The translations under genes were made by a program, and so were the position numbers. The notes below the pieces were generated by a model. It had not been told where the DNA came from and searched no databases. It saw nothing but the letters and a program-made list of their open reading frames with translations. DNA of 64,000 nt from Oceanispirochaeta sp. (GTDB lineage Bacteria > Spirochaetota > Spirochaetia > DSM-2461). This document shows, piece after piece, positions 16,277 to 27,900 of the stretch (position 1 is the stretch's first letter; each line of letters starts with the position of its first letter). The stretch lies in contig CAXXOA010000001.1 in assembly GCA_963666275.2 (NCBI GenBank), positions 1,536,001 through 1,600,000 on the forward strand, read 5' to 3'.

Positions 16277-17482
16277 GTGGCCGGATATTCAGCGGCTCTC
16301 TACATTCATATCCCTTTCTGCACTTCCAAGTGCGACTACTGCGATTTTTTTTCCATCACCGACTACTCCTGTGTCAATGATACAGTCAATGCCATTGTAA
16401 CTCAGATAGAACAGGAGAAATCTCTTTACGGCATAAAAGATTTCTCTTCCGTGTATATCGGAGGGGGGACTCCCGGTTCTCTTTCGCCTGAACTCATTGT
16501 CTATCTGATGGAGGCTCTTTCCCGGATAAACGGCAACAGCCTTCCCGGGGAAGTCACAATGGAATGTAATCCCGTGAATGTATCGGTTCAGTCGCTGGCT
16601 CTCTGGCAGTCCTGCGGGATAAACCGCATCAGCCTGGGAGTTCAGACGTTCCGGGACAGTTTTCTGAAGCTTGCAGGACGCCGCAGCTCGGAGCAGGCTA
16701 TTCAGAAAGCTCTGGATCTGATCAGTCACCATCCTGGCTTTACTCTGAGTATCGATCTGATACAGGGACTGCCGGGAATGACCAGGGAAGACCAGATTCT
16801 GGATCTGCAGGAGGCGGCGGGCTGGAGAGCCGATCATATATCCTGGTATTCCCTTACGCTGGAGAACGGGACCGTACTTTCGGACTCCTGGGAAAAAAGG
16901 CAGGACCTGGAAATCACAGCGGAAGAGGAAGAGGAAATTTGGCGGGAGGGCTGCCTCCTTCTGGAAGAGAAGGGGTTCAGGCGCTACGAGGTCTCCAACT
17001 TTGCCCGTCCCGGCAGGGAGTGTTTTCATAATAAAGCCTACTGGCAGATGCGTCCCTTCCTGGGGGTCGGTCCCGGGGCTGTCTCTATGATCCGCAATCC
17101 TTCGGGAGTCCTGGAAAGACACAGAGTTCTGCGGGATGTGGGGCGCTTTGCTTCCGGGATATTCGAAAAGGAAGATGTGGAAATCCTGTCACCTTCAGAC
17201 TTTCTGAAAGACTACTTTCTGATGGGCCTGAGAATGAAGGAAGGCATCAGTATCGGGGCTTTCCGGCAGGTTTTCGCTAAGGTTCCGGAAGAGTTTATTC
17301 CCCGGACAATTTCGGTGAATCTGAAGAACGGGAATATGGAGCGCAGGGAAGATTCCCTTTTTCTCAACTCCCGGGGGCTGGATCTTCTCAATGCTGTTCT
17401 TGTGGAAATTTTTACGGAACTTGACGAAATAACAGGTCCTGAAGGAGTTAACTGGCCAACAGAGGTGGCTCCCTATTCTTGA
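16277..17482 (+). CDS. hemW: Radical SAM heme chaperone (HemN-like)
   Basis: LYIHIPFCTSKCDYCDF, GGGTP, RISLGVQTF, YEVSNFA, HNKAYW. Confidence 0.9.
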   Translation: MAGYSAALYIHIPFCTSKCDYCDFFSITDYSCVNDTVNAIVTQIEQEKSLYGIKDFSSVYIGGGTPGSLSPELIVYLMEALSRINGNSLPGEVTMECNPVNVSVQSLALWQSCGINRISLGVQTFRDSFLKLAGRRSSEQAIQKALDLISHHPGFTLSIDLIQGLPGMTREDQILDLQEAAGWRADHISWYSLTLENGTVLSDSWEKRQDLEITAEEEEEIWREGCLLLEEKGFRRYEVSNFARPGRECFHNKAYWQMRPFLGVGPGAVSMIRNPSGVLERHRVLRDVGRFASGIFEKEDVEILSPSDFLKDYFLMGLRMKEGISIGAFRQVFAKVPEEFIPRTISVNLKNGNMERREDSLFLNSRGLDLLNAVLVEIFTELDEITGPEGVNWPTEVAPYS

Positions 17483-17508
17483 CAGCCTGATTTTCGTTAT
17501 GCTATTTT
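17479..17508 (+). promoter_or_regulatory. sigma70-type promoter of yebC-ruvCAB-queA
   Basis: TTGACA, 18 nt, TATTTT preceded by TGn. Confidence 0.55.
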
Positions 17509-17538
17509 TTACAGGATTTCCATATCAGAGGAGAAAAT

Positions 17539-18279
17539 ATGTCAGGTCATAGTAAATGGCATACTATAAAGCACAAGAAAGGCGCTGCAGACGCCAAAAG
17601 AGGAAAACTCTTTACAAAAATTATCAAAGAGATCACTGTTGCCGCTAAAATGGGCGGAGGGGATCTTGAAGCAAATGCCGCCCTCAGAACTGTTGTACTA
17701 AAAGCGAAAGCGGCAAATATGCCCAAAGACAACATTGAGAAAGCGATCAAGAAGGGAACCGGAGACATGGAAGGGGTCGACTATGTCGAACTTTCCTACG
17801 AAGCCTATGCTCCCGGCGGAGTGGGACTCCTTATTTCCGCTCTGACTGATAACAAAAACAGAACCGCAGCGGATGTGAGGAGCATTCTCAACAAAGGCGG
17901 CGGATCTCTGGCAGCGACCGGTGCCGTATCCTACCAGTTCAACAGAAAAGGTATCATCTCCTATGACGGAGAAAATACAGATTTCGAATCCCTGTTTGAA
18001 GCGGCTCTTGAAGCGGGTGCGGAAGATGTTACCGACGATGACGGTGCCATTGAAGTTGTTACCGATCCCAGTGAATTCGAAGCCGTTCTGACGGCTCTTC
18101 AGGCTGCGGATTTCAAAGAAGTGGGAGCGGAAGTCACCATGGTTCCCGATAATACTGTTTCTCTGGATGATGATCAGACAGGAAAAGTCCTTCGTCTGAT
18201 AGAGCGGCTGGAAGATAACGATGATGTCCAGGATGTAGCCAGTAATCTGGATGTTCCTGCTGACTTCGAAATGGAATAA
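17539..18279 (+). CDS. yebC: YebC/PmpR family protein
   Basis: [29 protein letters not shown]. Confidence 0.97.
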   Translation: MSGHSKWHTIKHKKGAADAKRGKLFTKIIKEITVAAKMGGGDLEANAALRTVVLKAKAANMPKDNIEKAIKKGTGDMEGVDYVELSYEAYAPGGVGLLISALTDNKNRTAADVRSILNKGGGSLAATGAVSYQFNRKGIISYDGENTDFESLFEAALEAGAEDVTDDDGAIEVVTDPSEFEAVLTALQAADFKEVGAEVTMVPDNTVSLDDDQTGKVLRLIERLEDNDDVQDVASNLDVPADFEME

Positions 18280-18758
18280 TGCCCCTCATTCTGGGGATAG
18301 ACCCCGGTTTAGCCGATGCCGGCTGGGGGCTGGTGAGCCACGACGGAATACGGGGGCGCCATGTGGCCCACGGGGTTATAAAAACCAGCAGCAAAATGCC
18401 CTCTCCTTTAAGACTGCAGAGCCTCTATCAGGGGCTCTGTTCTGTTATAGAAGAGTACAGGCCGGACTGTGCGGGCATAGAGACCCTCTATTTTGCCAAA
18501 AATGTCAAATCCGCTCTTCCTGTCGCAGAAGCGAGGGGCGTTCTGGTTCTGGCCATGGCCCAATCGGGTATCCCGGTTTACGAGTATACTCCGCTTCAGA
18601 TAAAACAGGCTGTTGTGGGAAACGGACGGGCGGAAAAAAAACAGGTTCAGATGATGGTTGCTCTTCTTCTGAAACTCTCTGAGCAGCCCCGTCCGGATCA
18701 TGCCGCTGATGCGCTGGCAGCTGCTGTCTGCCATGCCCATACGGGAGGAAGAGTGTGA
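18279..18758 (+). CDS. ruvC: Holliday junction resolvase
   Basis: ILGIDPG, EARGV, IKQAVVGNGRAEK, DHAADALA. Confidence 0.97.
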   Translation: MPLILGIDPGLADAGWGLVSHDGIRGRHVAHGVIKTSSKMPSPLRLQSLYQGLCSVIEEYRPDCAGIETLYFAKNVKSALPVAEARGVLVLAMAQSGIPVYEYTPLQIKQAVVGNGRAEKKQVQMMVALLLKLSEQPRPDHAADALAAAVCHAHTGGRV

Positions 18759-19354
18759 TTAACAGTATTAAAGGCATTGTTACGGAAAAAACTTCAGGAT
18801 CCATCTGTCTTGAAAACCAGGGAATCGAGTGGATTCTGGAAGCTTCAGCCATGTCCATCAGCTCTGCCCCGGCGGTAGGGGAAGAAGCCCGGCTTTACAC
18901 CTGGATGTATCACAGAGAAGATGCCATGGGGCTTTTCGCCTTTACCACCCGCAATGAGCGCTTCCTTTTTCTGGATCTGATCTCTGTCAGCGGCGTAGGG
19001 CCCAAGGGGGCTCTGAAAATCCTCTCGGCTGCGCGTACGGAACAGATTGTCCAGTACCTGGAGGAAGAGAACCTGGACGGCCTGTCCTCCCTTCCCGGAC
19101 TGGGAAAGAAAACAGCTCAGAAGATCCTGCTTCAGCTGAAAGGCAAACTCACCTGGGATGACAGTGCTTCCCCCGGAGCCGCATCCGGGCCGGGTGGGGA
19201 ACTCATAGAATCCCTGACTGCCATGGGATTTGATAAACGGCAGGTTCAGAGCGTTGTCAGAAATCTTTTGCAGGATCCTGCTTTTCAGGATCTGAGCGCA
19301 GAGAAGAAGGAACAGGAAATTATAAGAAGAGCCATCATAGAGCTCAGTTCCTAG
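18755..19354 (+). CDS. ruvA: Holliday junction branch migration protein RuvA
   Basis: [36 protein letters not shown]. Confidence 0.97.
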   Translation: MINSIKGIVTEKTSGSICLENQGIEWILEASAMSISSAPAVGEEARLYTWMYHREDAMGLFAFTTRNERFLFLDLISVSGVGPKGALKILSAARTEQIVQYLEEENLDGLSSLPGLGKKTAQKILLQLKGKLTWDDSASPGAASGPGGELIESLTAMGFDKRQVQSVVRNLLQDPAFQDLSAEKKEQEIIRRAIIELSS

Positions 19355-19370
19355 AGGGGCAGAACAAATT

Positions 19371-20396
19371 ATGACAGAAGACAACATCCTTTCCGGCCTG
19401 CCCCATCAGGGGGAAGAACATGCGGATAACCCAATCAGACCGAAGCTGCTGAATGAGTTTCTGGGGCAGGAGGACATAAAAAAGAATCTTCAGGTTTTTA
19501 TTCAGGCTGCCCGGGAGCGTCAGGAACCGCTGGACCACGTTTTCCTGTCAGGACCTCCGGGGCTTGGTAAAACGACCCTGGCGGGAATTATGGCGAATGA
19601 ACTGGGGGTGGAAACAAGAGTCACCTCCGCACCGGCTCTGGATAAACCCAAGGATCTGGCGGGACTTCTTACCACTATTTCTGATCGTACGGTCTTCTTT
19701 ATCGATGAAATTCACAGGCTGAAGCCTGCCATTGAAGAGATGCTCTACATTGCCATGGAAGACTATGAACTGGACTGGATTATCGGTCAGGGGCCTTCGG
19801 CCAGAACAATCAGGATACCTGTTCCTCCTTTCACTATGGTAGGGGCCACGACAAAACCCGGACGGGTTTCCAGTCCCCTTTATACAAGGTTCGGTATCAA
19901 TGTCAGGATGAACTTCTACACTCATGAGGAACTCCAGAAGATTCTTCGCAGGAGTGCCGCGATCCTGGATATTACGATTACCTCGGATGCGGCTATTCTG
20001 CTGGCGGGATCCAGCAGGGGAACCCCTCGTGTAGCCAACCGCCTGCTGCGGCGGATGCGGGATTTTGCCCAGGTCGAGGGCGAAGGGATCATAACAGAAG
20101 ATATTGTCAGATCCGGTCTGCAGAGGCTTCAGGTTGATGAGAAAGGTCTGGAGCGGGTGGACCGTGAGATACTGAGGGCCCTTATCGAAAAGTACGGCGG
20201 AGGCCCTGTGGGGGCTGAAACGCTGGCGATTTCGGTAGGTGAGGGAATTGACTCTCTGGAGGATTTTTACGAGCCCTACATGATACAGCAGGGGTTCCTG
20301 AAGAGAACCCCCCGGGGCAGAGTGGCTACGCCGCTTGCCTACAAACACATAGGATTGGAACAGAACAGCGATGAAAATCAGGGACTTCTCTTTTGA
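19371..20396 (+). CDS. ruvB: Holliday junction helicase RuvB
   Basis: [35 protein letters not shown]. Confidence 0.98.
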   Translation: MTEDNILSGLPHQGEEHADNPIRPKLLNEFLGQEDIKKNLQVFIQAARERQEPLDHVFLSGPPGLGKTTLAGIMANELGVETRVTSAPALDKPKDLAGLLTTISDRTVFFIDEIHRLKPAIEEMLYIAMEDYELDWIIGQGPSARTIRIPVPPFTMVGATTKPGRVSSPLYTRFGINVRMNFYTHEELQKILRRSAAILDITITSDAAILLAGSSRGTPRVANRLLRRMRDFAQVEGEGIITEDIVRSGLQRLQVDEKGLERVDREILRALIEKYGGGPVGAETLAISVGEGIDSLEDFYEPYMIQQGFLKRTPRGRVATPLAYKHIGLEQNSDENQGLLF

Positions 20397-21390
20397 CCTG
20401 CCACAGGAGCAGATAGCTCAGCATCCGCCGGAAAGCCGCGGAACTGCCCGCCTGATGGTGTTGAACAGAGAGACAAAAACCATAGAACACAGGAATATGA
20501 AGGATTTTCCGGATCTCCTCGAGCCGGGAACTCTGGTCGTATTCAATAATTCCCGGGTCAGAAAAGCCCGGGTCTACGCCCGTTCGGCAACGGGAGGAAA
20601 GGTCGAATTCTTTTTCCTTTCCCGCACCGCACCGGACAGCTGGAAATGCATGGTTTCCAAGGCAAAGAAGCAGAAAACCGGCAAAGTTCTGGAATTCCCC
20701 GGCGGCATAACAGGTACCATTACGGAAGAAGTGACAACAAATCACAGGATCGTCAGGTTTTCTTCTCCCATAGGGGAGGAGTGGCTGGAAGAGTTCGGAC
20801 ACATTCCTCTGCCTCCCTATATCAAAAGGGAGGATACCCGGGATGATTCTGAACGGTATCAGTCAGTATTTTCCCGGGAAACCGGATCTGTAGCCGCTCC
20901 CACGGCCAGTCTTCATTTTACCGAAGAGATTCTGCAGCGGCTGGAGGATAAAGGGATAGAAACAGCCTTTGTCACTCTCCATGTGGGATTGGGAACTTTT
21001 GAACCGGTACGGACTGAGTCCCTGCTGGATCATAGAATGCACGAAGAGCAGTTTTTTATCTCTGATGAGACTGCAGAAAAAGTGGAGCGGGCCAGAAGGG
21101 AGGGGCGACCCATCCTTGCTGTGGGAACCACCAGTATCCGGACCCTGGAATCGGCCTGGGAAAATGACCATCTGAAAAGAGGGATGAACTCAACAAGTCT
21201 TTTTATCTATCCCGGCTACAGCTTTAAAGTGGTGAACAGGGTTTTTACCAATTTTCATACTCCCGAATCCACGCTTCTGGTGCTTGTCTCCTCTTTTGCC
21301 GGTCAGGAATACATCCGAAAGGCTTATGAGGAAGCTGTCGAAAGGGGATATATGTTCTTTTCCTACGGCGATGCCATGCTCATTCAGTGA
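20371..21390 (+). CDS. queA: SAM:tRNA ribosyltransferase-isomerase
   Basis: [42 protein letters not shown]. Confidence 0.98.
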   Translation: MKIRDFSFDLPQEQIAQHPPESRGTARLMVLNRETKTIEHRNMKDFPDLLEPGTLVVFNNSRVRKARVYARSATGGKVEFFFLSRTAPDSWKCMVSKAKKQKTGKVLEFPGGITGTITEEVTTNHRIVRFSSPIGEEWLEEFGHIPLPPYIKREDTRDDSERYQSVFSRETGSVAAPTASLHFTEEILQRLEDKGIETAFVTLHVGLGTFEPVRTESLLDHRMHEEQFFISDETAEKVERARREGRPILAVGTTSIRTLESAWENDHLKRGMNSTSLFIYPGYSFKVVNRVFTNFHTPESTLLVLVSSFAGQEYIRKAYEEAVERGYMFFSYGDAMLIQ

Positions 21391-21412
21391 GTTTCCCCCT
21401 ACAGGGTCCCTT

Positions 21413-22024
21413 TCAGTAGGTGTTCTGGTTCATGCTCTCAAAGGTCTCTCTCACCTTCTGGAGTCTGTCCAGTTCCCTCTGGAGGGTCCGGCTGTAATCC
21501 AGTTCACCCTTCTGAATCCTGTAGGATTCATCTTCCCAGTACTGTATATCATCAATGAACATCCAGGCAAATTCAGGAGAGGCTGCTTTGGCTGACCATT
21601 CCACCGCATCTTCCCAGAAATTCAGCGCATAGCGGAAACACTCTTCCGCGGTTTCAAGGCTGTCCAGATTGGAAAACTTCCAGGGATAATTGTAAAAGTA
21701 GGCATTCCTTTTATTGTATTTGTTACCCAGTTGGATATAGCTGTCGATGAGACGGAGGTTGACATGCATATAAAAAAGGTAGCGGTACTTTTCCCACTCT
21801 TTTTCTGTTTTTATTTCCGCCAGGGCATTCAGGGGGTTGGCAAAGTCCGATCTCAGGGCCATCCCCAGATAGTGGATGTCCTCCATGGAATCTTCCGGGT
21901 ACTGATAGAGGTGCTGGTGGTAGAGTCTGTACCACTGCTCGGCATAGAGGATCTTATAGGCCCACAGCGGGGAGCTTGTTAAAAGGAGGCATATGGCAAT
22001 GACTCCCATTCTGATGGTTCTCAC
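21413..22024 (-). CDS. Exported helical hypothetical protein
   Basis: 203-aa ORF with signal peptide (..LWA) and coding-like composition. Confidence 0.75.
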   Translation of the reverse strand: MRTIRMGVIAICLLLTSSPLWAYKILYAEQWYRLYHQHLYQYPEDSMEDIHYLGMALRSDFANPLNALAEIKTEKEWEKYRYLFYMHVNLRLIDSYIQLGNKYNKRNAYFYNYPWKFSNLDSLETAEECFRYALNFWEDAVEWSAKAASPEFAWMFIDDIQYWEDESYRIQKGELDYSRTLQRELDRLQKVRETFESMNQNTY

Positions 22025-22031
22025 ATTTTGA

Positions 22032-22059
22032 GTATCGGCAGAGGGCGGGGGGGGGATTA
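22032..22059 (-). promoter_or_regulatory. sigma28-like promoter with a C9 tract in the spacer
   Basis: Minus strand TAAT-CCCCCCCCCGCCCTCT(16)-GCCGATAC, 7 nt before the GTG start. Confidence 0.55.
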
Positions 22060-22073
22060 GTGTCTATGGGCAG

Positions 22074-22670
22074 TTAAATGCCGAGAAGGCCCAGAATATC
22101 CTGATGTACCTTTTCCAGAACCTGTTCTCCATTAATCCGGTGCAGGATCCGGACATCAGGGAGCGTGGAAAAGGCTTTTTCATAGTTTTCAGCCACTATC
22201 CGCTGAAGCTTTTCTTTTTCATAGATGTCCTGGGACTCTCTTCTTCCCCGTCGGAGAGAAGAGGTTTCTATGGAGCATTCCAGATAGAGACAGAAATCAG
22301 GTGCGGGAAAATCCGCATTCAGAGCCAGGACTGTGTCAAAGGGGATATCCAGGGACTGGTAGGCAAGGGAGGAGTAGAGGTAGCGGTCACAGAATACCCA
22401 TTCTCCTTCGGCCAGGTGTTTTTCCATTTCGGAAAGGTGTTCTCTCCTGTCGGCGGCAAAAAGCTGGGCCAGTGTCAGTGGGTGGACGAGCTCCCTTTTT
22501 TCAAGGACCGCTCTGGCGGCCTGTCCAATAAAACCATTGGACGGTTCGTAAGTGGTCCAGCAGGGAATTTCACGGTCCCGGCAGTACTGTTTCAGTAAAT
22601 TGAGCTGAGTTGTGGTGCCGGCGCCGTCCAGCCCTTCCAGAACAACAAATTTATGAGGTAAATTCTTCAT
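22074..22670 (-). CDS. tmk: Thymidylate kinase
   Basis: FVVLEGLDGAGTTTQ, EP, LFAADRREH, CDRYLYSSLAYQ; start moved to the ATG at 22670. Confidence 0.95.
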   Translation of the reverse strand: MKNLPHKFVVLEGLDGAGTTTQLNLLKQYCRDREIPCWTTYEPSNGFIGQAARAVLEKRELVHPLTLAQLFAADRREHLSEMEKHLAEGEWVFCDRYLYSSLAYQSLDIPFDTVLALNADFPAPDFCLYLECSIETSSLRRGRRESQDIYEKEKLQRIVAENYEKAFSTLPDVRILHRINGEQVLEKVHQDILGLLGI

Positions 22671-22712
22671 CTGTCCTTGCCTAATCAAATGTTTCCGATA
22701 GAATAATACACA

Positions 22713-24125
22713 ATGCCCACTCTGGCCATAGTCTTTCTTATTTTCTTGAATCTCTTTTCTCTCTCCGCGCAGAACAGCGATAGGATAGAACTGGATCGGG
22801 ATATCCACTACGAACGAAATCCCCGTCCGGATATCCCGGTGCCGGACATCTTTCTGTCGTCAGCCTATCCGGACCTGGCCGACAGGGAGCAGAGGCTGAC
22901 TGCCGCCAGGATGGTTCCGGATGTCATAAGAGAATTTTCTGCCCAGGACCCAGCGGATGCTCCTGCTGTCCCGGTTCTGGCTCTTCCCCGGGTAACCTCC
23001 AGGGCTGCCGGAAAAAACAGCGGTCAGGGAGAACTGTCCGGTGCCTACAGAGACGGGTGGCAATTGTCAGGAGACTATCTCCTTGAAAATTCCTCCTCTT
23101 CTCTATTCTGGCTGGCCGCATCGGACTGGATGGAATCGGCCCGGCCCTACGGTTGGGCAGGATATGACTATTCCGGCCGTATACAGGCAAAGCTGACCGC
23201 CGGCGGCAACTGGCAGGAAGATCCCCTCTGGGCTCTCTCCGCTCAGGGAGAGATGGGTGAGACTTCTCTGGTACTGCAATACTGGCAGGATCCGGAGCAG
23301 ACTCTGTTTATGCCCCGTCTGGATACACGTCTCATGCTTGCAGGCAGAACATGGACTCCCTATGGGGGTATCCTCTCTGATGCTGTTTTCGGAGAGAGCC
23401 CGGAATACAGGGTACGCCCCTCGCTGGGAGTTCTGGGACGGGGGGACATCGGATCTGGCCTCTCCTGGAAAGGTGAGGCGGGGCTGGCTCTGGAATATGA
23501 GTCTTTTTCTCAAGCTTTCCATTACTACGGACAGGGGGCGCTGGCCCTTATGGCCGGAGAATCTCTCACTCTGAAAGCTTTTCTTGAAATTGAGGAGCCG
23601 GCTCCCTTCTCCCTGATGACACTGGGAATCTCAGCCGCTGCTCTCCCGCCGCTCTCCCCCCTGACCGGGCAGAACAGCGGCATTCTCCTGGCGTTCAATA
23701 CGTCCCGCTGGAGCGGATCTTTGAAAACTGGGTACAGATGGGGCTCCTTTTTAAGGTACCGTGACGAAACCTTCAGCATCGTTGATGACTCCATCCCCTA
23801 CGGAGAATTGGAATTGACAAAAAAAAGGGGCCGTCCTGTAAGTGATATATCTCTTTATGCCGAATATTTAAATAGGGAAGAGTGGCAGTACGGAGCGGAA
23901 AACAGATGGTATTTTGATGAGGGCCGCTGGAGTGCGGCTGTGAAGGCCGGGCACTTTCAGAGCAAACTGAACAGTATTTTCACTCCCGTTGCAGTTTCTC
24001 CTTTTCGAACAGGCGTTTCCGCTCTCTACAGACATGGTAACCTGTGGCAGGTTGAAGTGTTTACGGATTATCTTCCCGAAGATTCGGAAATCGATGGAGG
24101 CATCACTTTCAGAGTGACATTCTGA
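22713..24125 (+). CDS. Probable outer-membrane beta-barrel protein
   Basis: Signal peptide; many amphipathic aromatic/Gly strands; C-terminal ITFRVTF beta-signal. Confidence 0.6.
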   Translation: MPTLAIVFLIFLNLFSLSAQNSDRIELDRDIHYERNPRPDIPVPDIFLSSAYPDLADREQRLTAARMVPDVIREFSAQDPADAPAVPVLALPRVTSRAAGKNSGQGELSGAYRDGWQLSGDYLLENSSSSLFWLAASDWMESARPYGWAGYDYSGRIQAKLTAGGNWQEDPLWALSAQGEMGETSLVLQYWQDPEQTLFMPRLDTRLMLAGRTWTPYGGILSDAVFGESPEYRVRPSLGVLGRGDIGSGLSWKGEAGLALEYESFSQAFHYYGQGALALMAGESLTLKAFLEIEEPAPFSLMTLGISAAALPPLSPLTGQNSGILLAFNTSRWSGSLKTGYRWGSFLRYRDETFSIVDDSIPYGELELTKKRGRPVSDISLYAEYLNREEWQYGAENRWYFDEGRWSAAVKAGHFQSKLNSIFTPVAVSPFRTGVSALYRHGNLWQVEVFTDYLPEDSEIDGGITFRVTF

Positions 24126-24142
24126 GGGCAAATCCCTTAACT

Positions 24143-24904
24143 ATGAAAAAAGCAATATTTTTCTCACTCCTGATCCATGCTCTCATTATGCTCTCTCTAT
24201 GGATGTTCCTGCCGGAAGTTCAAGTAAGGGATAAATTTCTGCCTGTGGCAGTTTTTCTGATCCCCCCCCCGCCGGAGACTCCGGTAGCGGCCGCAGAGCC
24301 TGAAAAACCGGTTCCCCAGATACCGAAAATCCTTAGAACCTCACCTGAGGAGCCTGAGGTGAGACCGGAAATTCGGGCTGTTCCCCCCCCAAAGACCCTG
24401 CAGAATGTTCCTCAGAACGGTGATCCTTCTACGGGAGAAGATGTACCGATCAGCACAGATACAAAAGTTTCCGAACCTGTTATAGTAGAAGATGGAAAAC
24501 TGCCGGCGGTGGAGGAAATATCCGACCCGTCGGATCTCTATAATGATGAAAACTCCGGAAACTTTCCGGAAGATACCATAAATTCTCCCGGAATCGAAAA
24601 TGTTCTGGATATATCCTGGACCGACGGGAGGGAGAGAGCTTTGCTGAACGGAGAAGATCCTGTTCTGGCAATTTCAAGGAATATGCTACTGATGGATCAG
24701 GTCCATATAGAATTTTCTGTCCAACAGGACGGAACCGTATCTTCTGTTATTGTCCGGAATCCCGGCAGCGGAGATCTCAGAGTCGACAGGCAGCTTCGGG
24801 AATGGGCCCTTCTGCTGCGTTTTGATCCTGTCTCTGGGGACCGGACGGCAGATTCGGGAATTATTACGATCAATCTCATCGCCCGGGAGAGTCCGTCACG
24901 ATGA
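24143..24904 (+). CDS. TonB/TolA-like energy transducer
   Basis: N-terminal TM with SLLIHA (SxxxH) motif; Pro/Glu-rich linker; FSVQQDGTVS..SGDLRVD..RFDP TonB-C-like domain. Confidence 0.75.
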   Translation: MKKAIFFSLLIHALIMLSLWMFLPEVQVRDKFLPVAVFLIPPPPETPVAAAEPEKPVPQIPKILRTSPEEPEVRPEIRAVPPPKTLQNVPQNGDPSTGEDVPISTDTKVSEPVIVEDGKLPAVEEISDPSDLYNDENSGNFPEDTINSPGIENVLDISWTDGRERALLNGEDPVLAISRNMLLMDQVHIEFSVQQDGTVSSVIVRNPGSGDLRVDRQLREWALLLRFDPVSGDRTADSGIITINLIARESPSR

Positions 24905-27900
24905 GCCGGTTCTCCTATTTTCTTATACATTTTTTTCAGGTACTCTTTTTTGCCGTTCTTGTTGTTTTCTCCTACCTGGGATATCAGACGGTCCAGGATA
25001 AAATGGCGGTCCTGGCAGAGGATCTGAAATACGATGTGATAGAGTCTCTGGAAGAGACTCTGGGGTACCGGATCGGTTATGATCAGATTTCTCCCTCGGT
25101 GCTTACCTATTTTGAAATCCGGAATCTTCAGCTGGTTCATCCCGTAACGAAGGATGTGGTACTGAAAGTCCGGAGTTTGAAACTTTTCTATAATCCCTTC
25201 GCCCTGATTTTTCAGAATACCGATCGGGTTCTCATCTCTGGGATTTCACTCAATGGTCTGGATCTCTCAATCAATGCTGAGAGGGATAGAAGGCTGATCG
25301 ATCTGTTTACAGCTCAAGACAGGGAACAGGCTTCCGCGGAACCACTGGATATCAGCCGATATTTTGCGGGAAGGGTGAGGATCCGTTCGGTGGATCTGCA
25401 GTATGAAGACCCTTCCTACTCCTTCCAGTTTAACGGCAGGACCATTACCGTCAGGCAGCAGAAAGATTTTCTGAGGGTGATTATGGCCGGTGATGTGGAT
25501 TTTTCTCTGCCTGGTCTGTCCGGGCCTCTTGAAGAGGGATCATTCAGCTTTTCCATCAAAGGGAGTCTTTTTAATAACCTGACCGGTTTCAATCTTGACG
25601 GGGATTTCCGGGAGATCCGGTCCAATCTTCTGGAGATGGACAGGCAGAGGATGAATATCAGGTATTCCGCCGGGGAACTCAGACTGGCAAAGATCCGGGA
25701 CGATCAGCCCTATGATCTGAACCTTGTGCTCTCAGAGGAGCGTATTCAGGCGGATTTCTCGGCTGAACAGTTCTCATTCAATAATATTCTGACTCTCAGG
25801 GGGGGACTGGCTTTTGCTGATCCCTGGCTCAACACTGTCCTTTCAGGATCATCCCGGGTCGTCTATTTTCAGAAAACCGGAGATATCTCTTATGAGTACG
25901 ACGGGTCTGCCTATCTCCGGAATGAAACTCTTCCCTTTCCCGTTCATACGGATATAAGACTGAAAGGGAATGCTGAGATCCTTCAGGTTGAGAATCTGAC
26001 CGCATCAACCCCCAAAGGGCATTATACCTATTCCGGGGAATGGGTCCTCAAGGAGGACTTTCCCCGGGGGCAGCTGGACTTCTATCAGGTTCCCCTGACG
26101 CCGGGAGTGACAGCGGAAGGCCGCTTGTCTCTGAGTCTTGTGGATGATTACTTCTATATTCAGTCAGATTCCGTTTCTCTGGACAGCGGCTGGAAGTCAG
26201 GGCCCCTTCAGATCCTGTTGAACAGGGAAGGGGACACCTTTGTTTTTTCTCTGCGCTCCTCTCTGAACACAGAAAAGTCATCCCGGGATCAGATCTTTGT
26301 GAATGGAGAATTCCTCTACAGGGATCAGCCCGAGTTTTCCGCAGAGTTCAGAGTGGATAAACTCTCTTTCGATGTGGTGAAGCCTTTTTTTCCCGAATAT
26401 GCGGGAAATCTCGACCTGATGGATGAGGGTCTGTCACTGACAGTCAGAGGTTCGGCAAGGTATCAGGGGGAGCTTCTCAGCTCTTCGGTGGAACTCTTTC
26501 AGATTTCCGACAGAACAGAAGAGAGGAGTTTGAAATTCAGGGGATATTTTTCACCGGAAGAGATGGAAATCTTTGCTCTGGAAGCAAACTGGAACGGAAA
26601 CTATCTCCTGGGCAATATTACAGGAGTCATAGGGCAGGAGAACATTGATCTGCAGTCCAACTGGAACATCAATGACAATCTTTATCTTGTCAACGGAATT
26701 TATTCAGAAGGGAAATTTTCTCTGCTGGGTTCTTTCGGTCTGAAAGGTCAGTTTCTTAGAAACCCCGGATCGGGCTTTCTGGCAACCCTGGAATCAAAGG
26801 ATTTTCCCATCCGCTGGGATGGCAATGATCTCAGTGCATCCCTGAATATCCGGGGCCGTTACAGCGACAGGGAGTGGGAAGTCTATCTGAATGAAAGTTC
26901 CGTTGAGTGGAAAAACTCTCCCTTCCTGAGTGAGCCAGAGATGACCCTGACCGCCTACCTGGCCCCGGGGGTAGTGAATATCTTTTCATTGCAGTACAGG
27001 GACGGCTACTCCACACTGGGAGGCAGCGGCTCACTCTTCTACAATCTGGAACAGAATATTTTAAACGGATCGGTAAATCTCACAAGCCGGGACCGCAGTA
27101 TCACGGAAACCTATTCGCTTTACTGCGTATACAATGACGGCAGTATCTCCTCGTCTGTCACTCTGGATAATGCTCTGCTCGACCGACTGGAATCGTTGGG
27201 GATCACAGGGCGGATCGATGCGGAAATCACACTGGAAGGATCTCTTGAGGCACCGGAACTGGAAGGCACGCTCAGTACGGGCAACCTGACAATCAACGGC
27301 AGCTCCCTCAATACAAATCTGGCATTCAGGATGAATCCGGAAAAAATTGAACTCTATGATCTGAAACTTCAAAGAAATACTGTAACCCTTTCAAAGGGAC
27401 TGGGGTTTTTGAATTTTCAGGAGGGCACGGCAATGTTGACTGCCAGTGTTGAAAATGTGACCAACCCGGGCGAAGAGAATCAGACTTCGATTCAGTCGGG
27501 CATCACTTTTTCTATGGAACTGGAAGAACCCGTCGGTTTTAGGGAACTGGGAACACTGGGGCAGAGGGATTTTACAGGGAGAGTCCGGTTTCATCCTGTC
27601 CGCTGGAACGGGTTGACGACCTTTTCCTCCAAAACCGTGAATATAAGTAAGAAGGACAGTGTTTTTTCGGGGGATCTTATCGGGGATCCCGAGCAGAATT
27701 TTATGGTTGATCTGGAATCTAAAAAGATCAGCGCCAGAGTGAGCGATCCTTTTCCTGTCAGATTCCAGGTAGACGGATCTGTCCGGAGTGAAGATCTGGA
27801 TCTGAATATACAGGGCCTTGAACTGGATCTGAATCTGATTAACTACTTTATGCCGAAAGATAAAGCTCTTGACAGCAGGTATGCGGTTTTCAGAGAAAAC

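Noticed and set aside
22610..22640. Tmk P-loop GAGTTT lacking the usual Lys, suggesting a pseudogene
   Set aside because: Other Tmk motifs and the frame are intact; a GTTT variant occurs in other Tmk proteins
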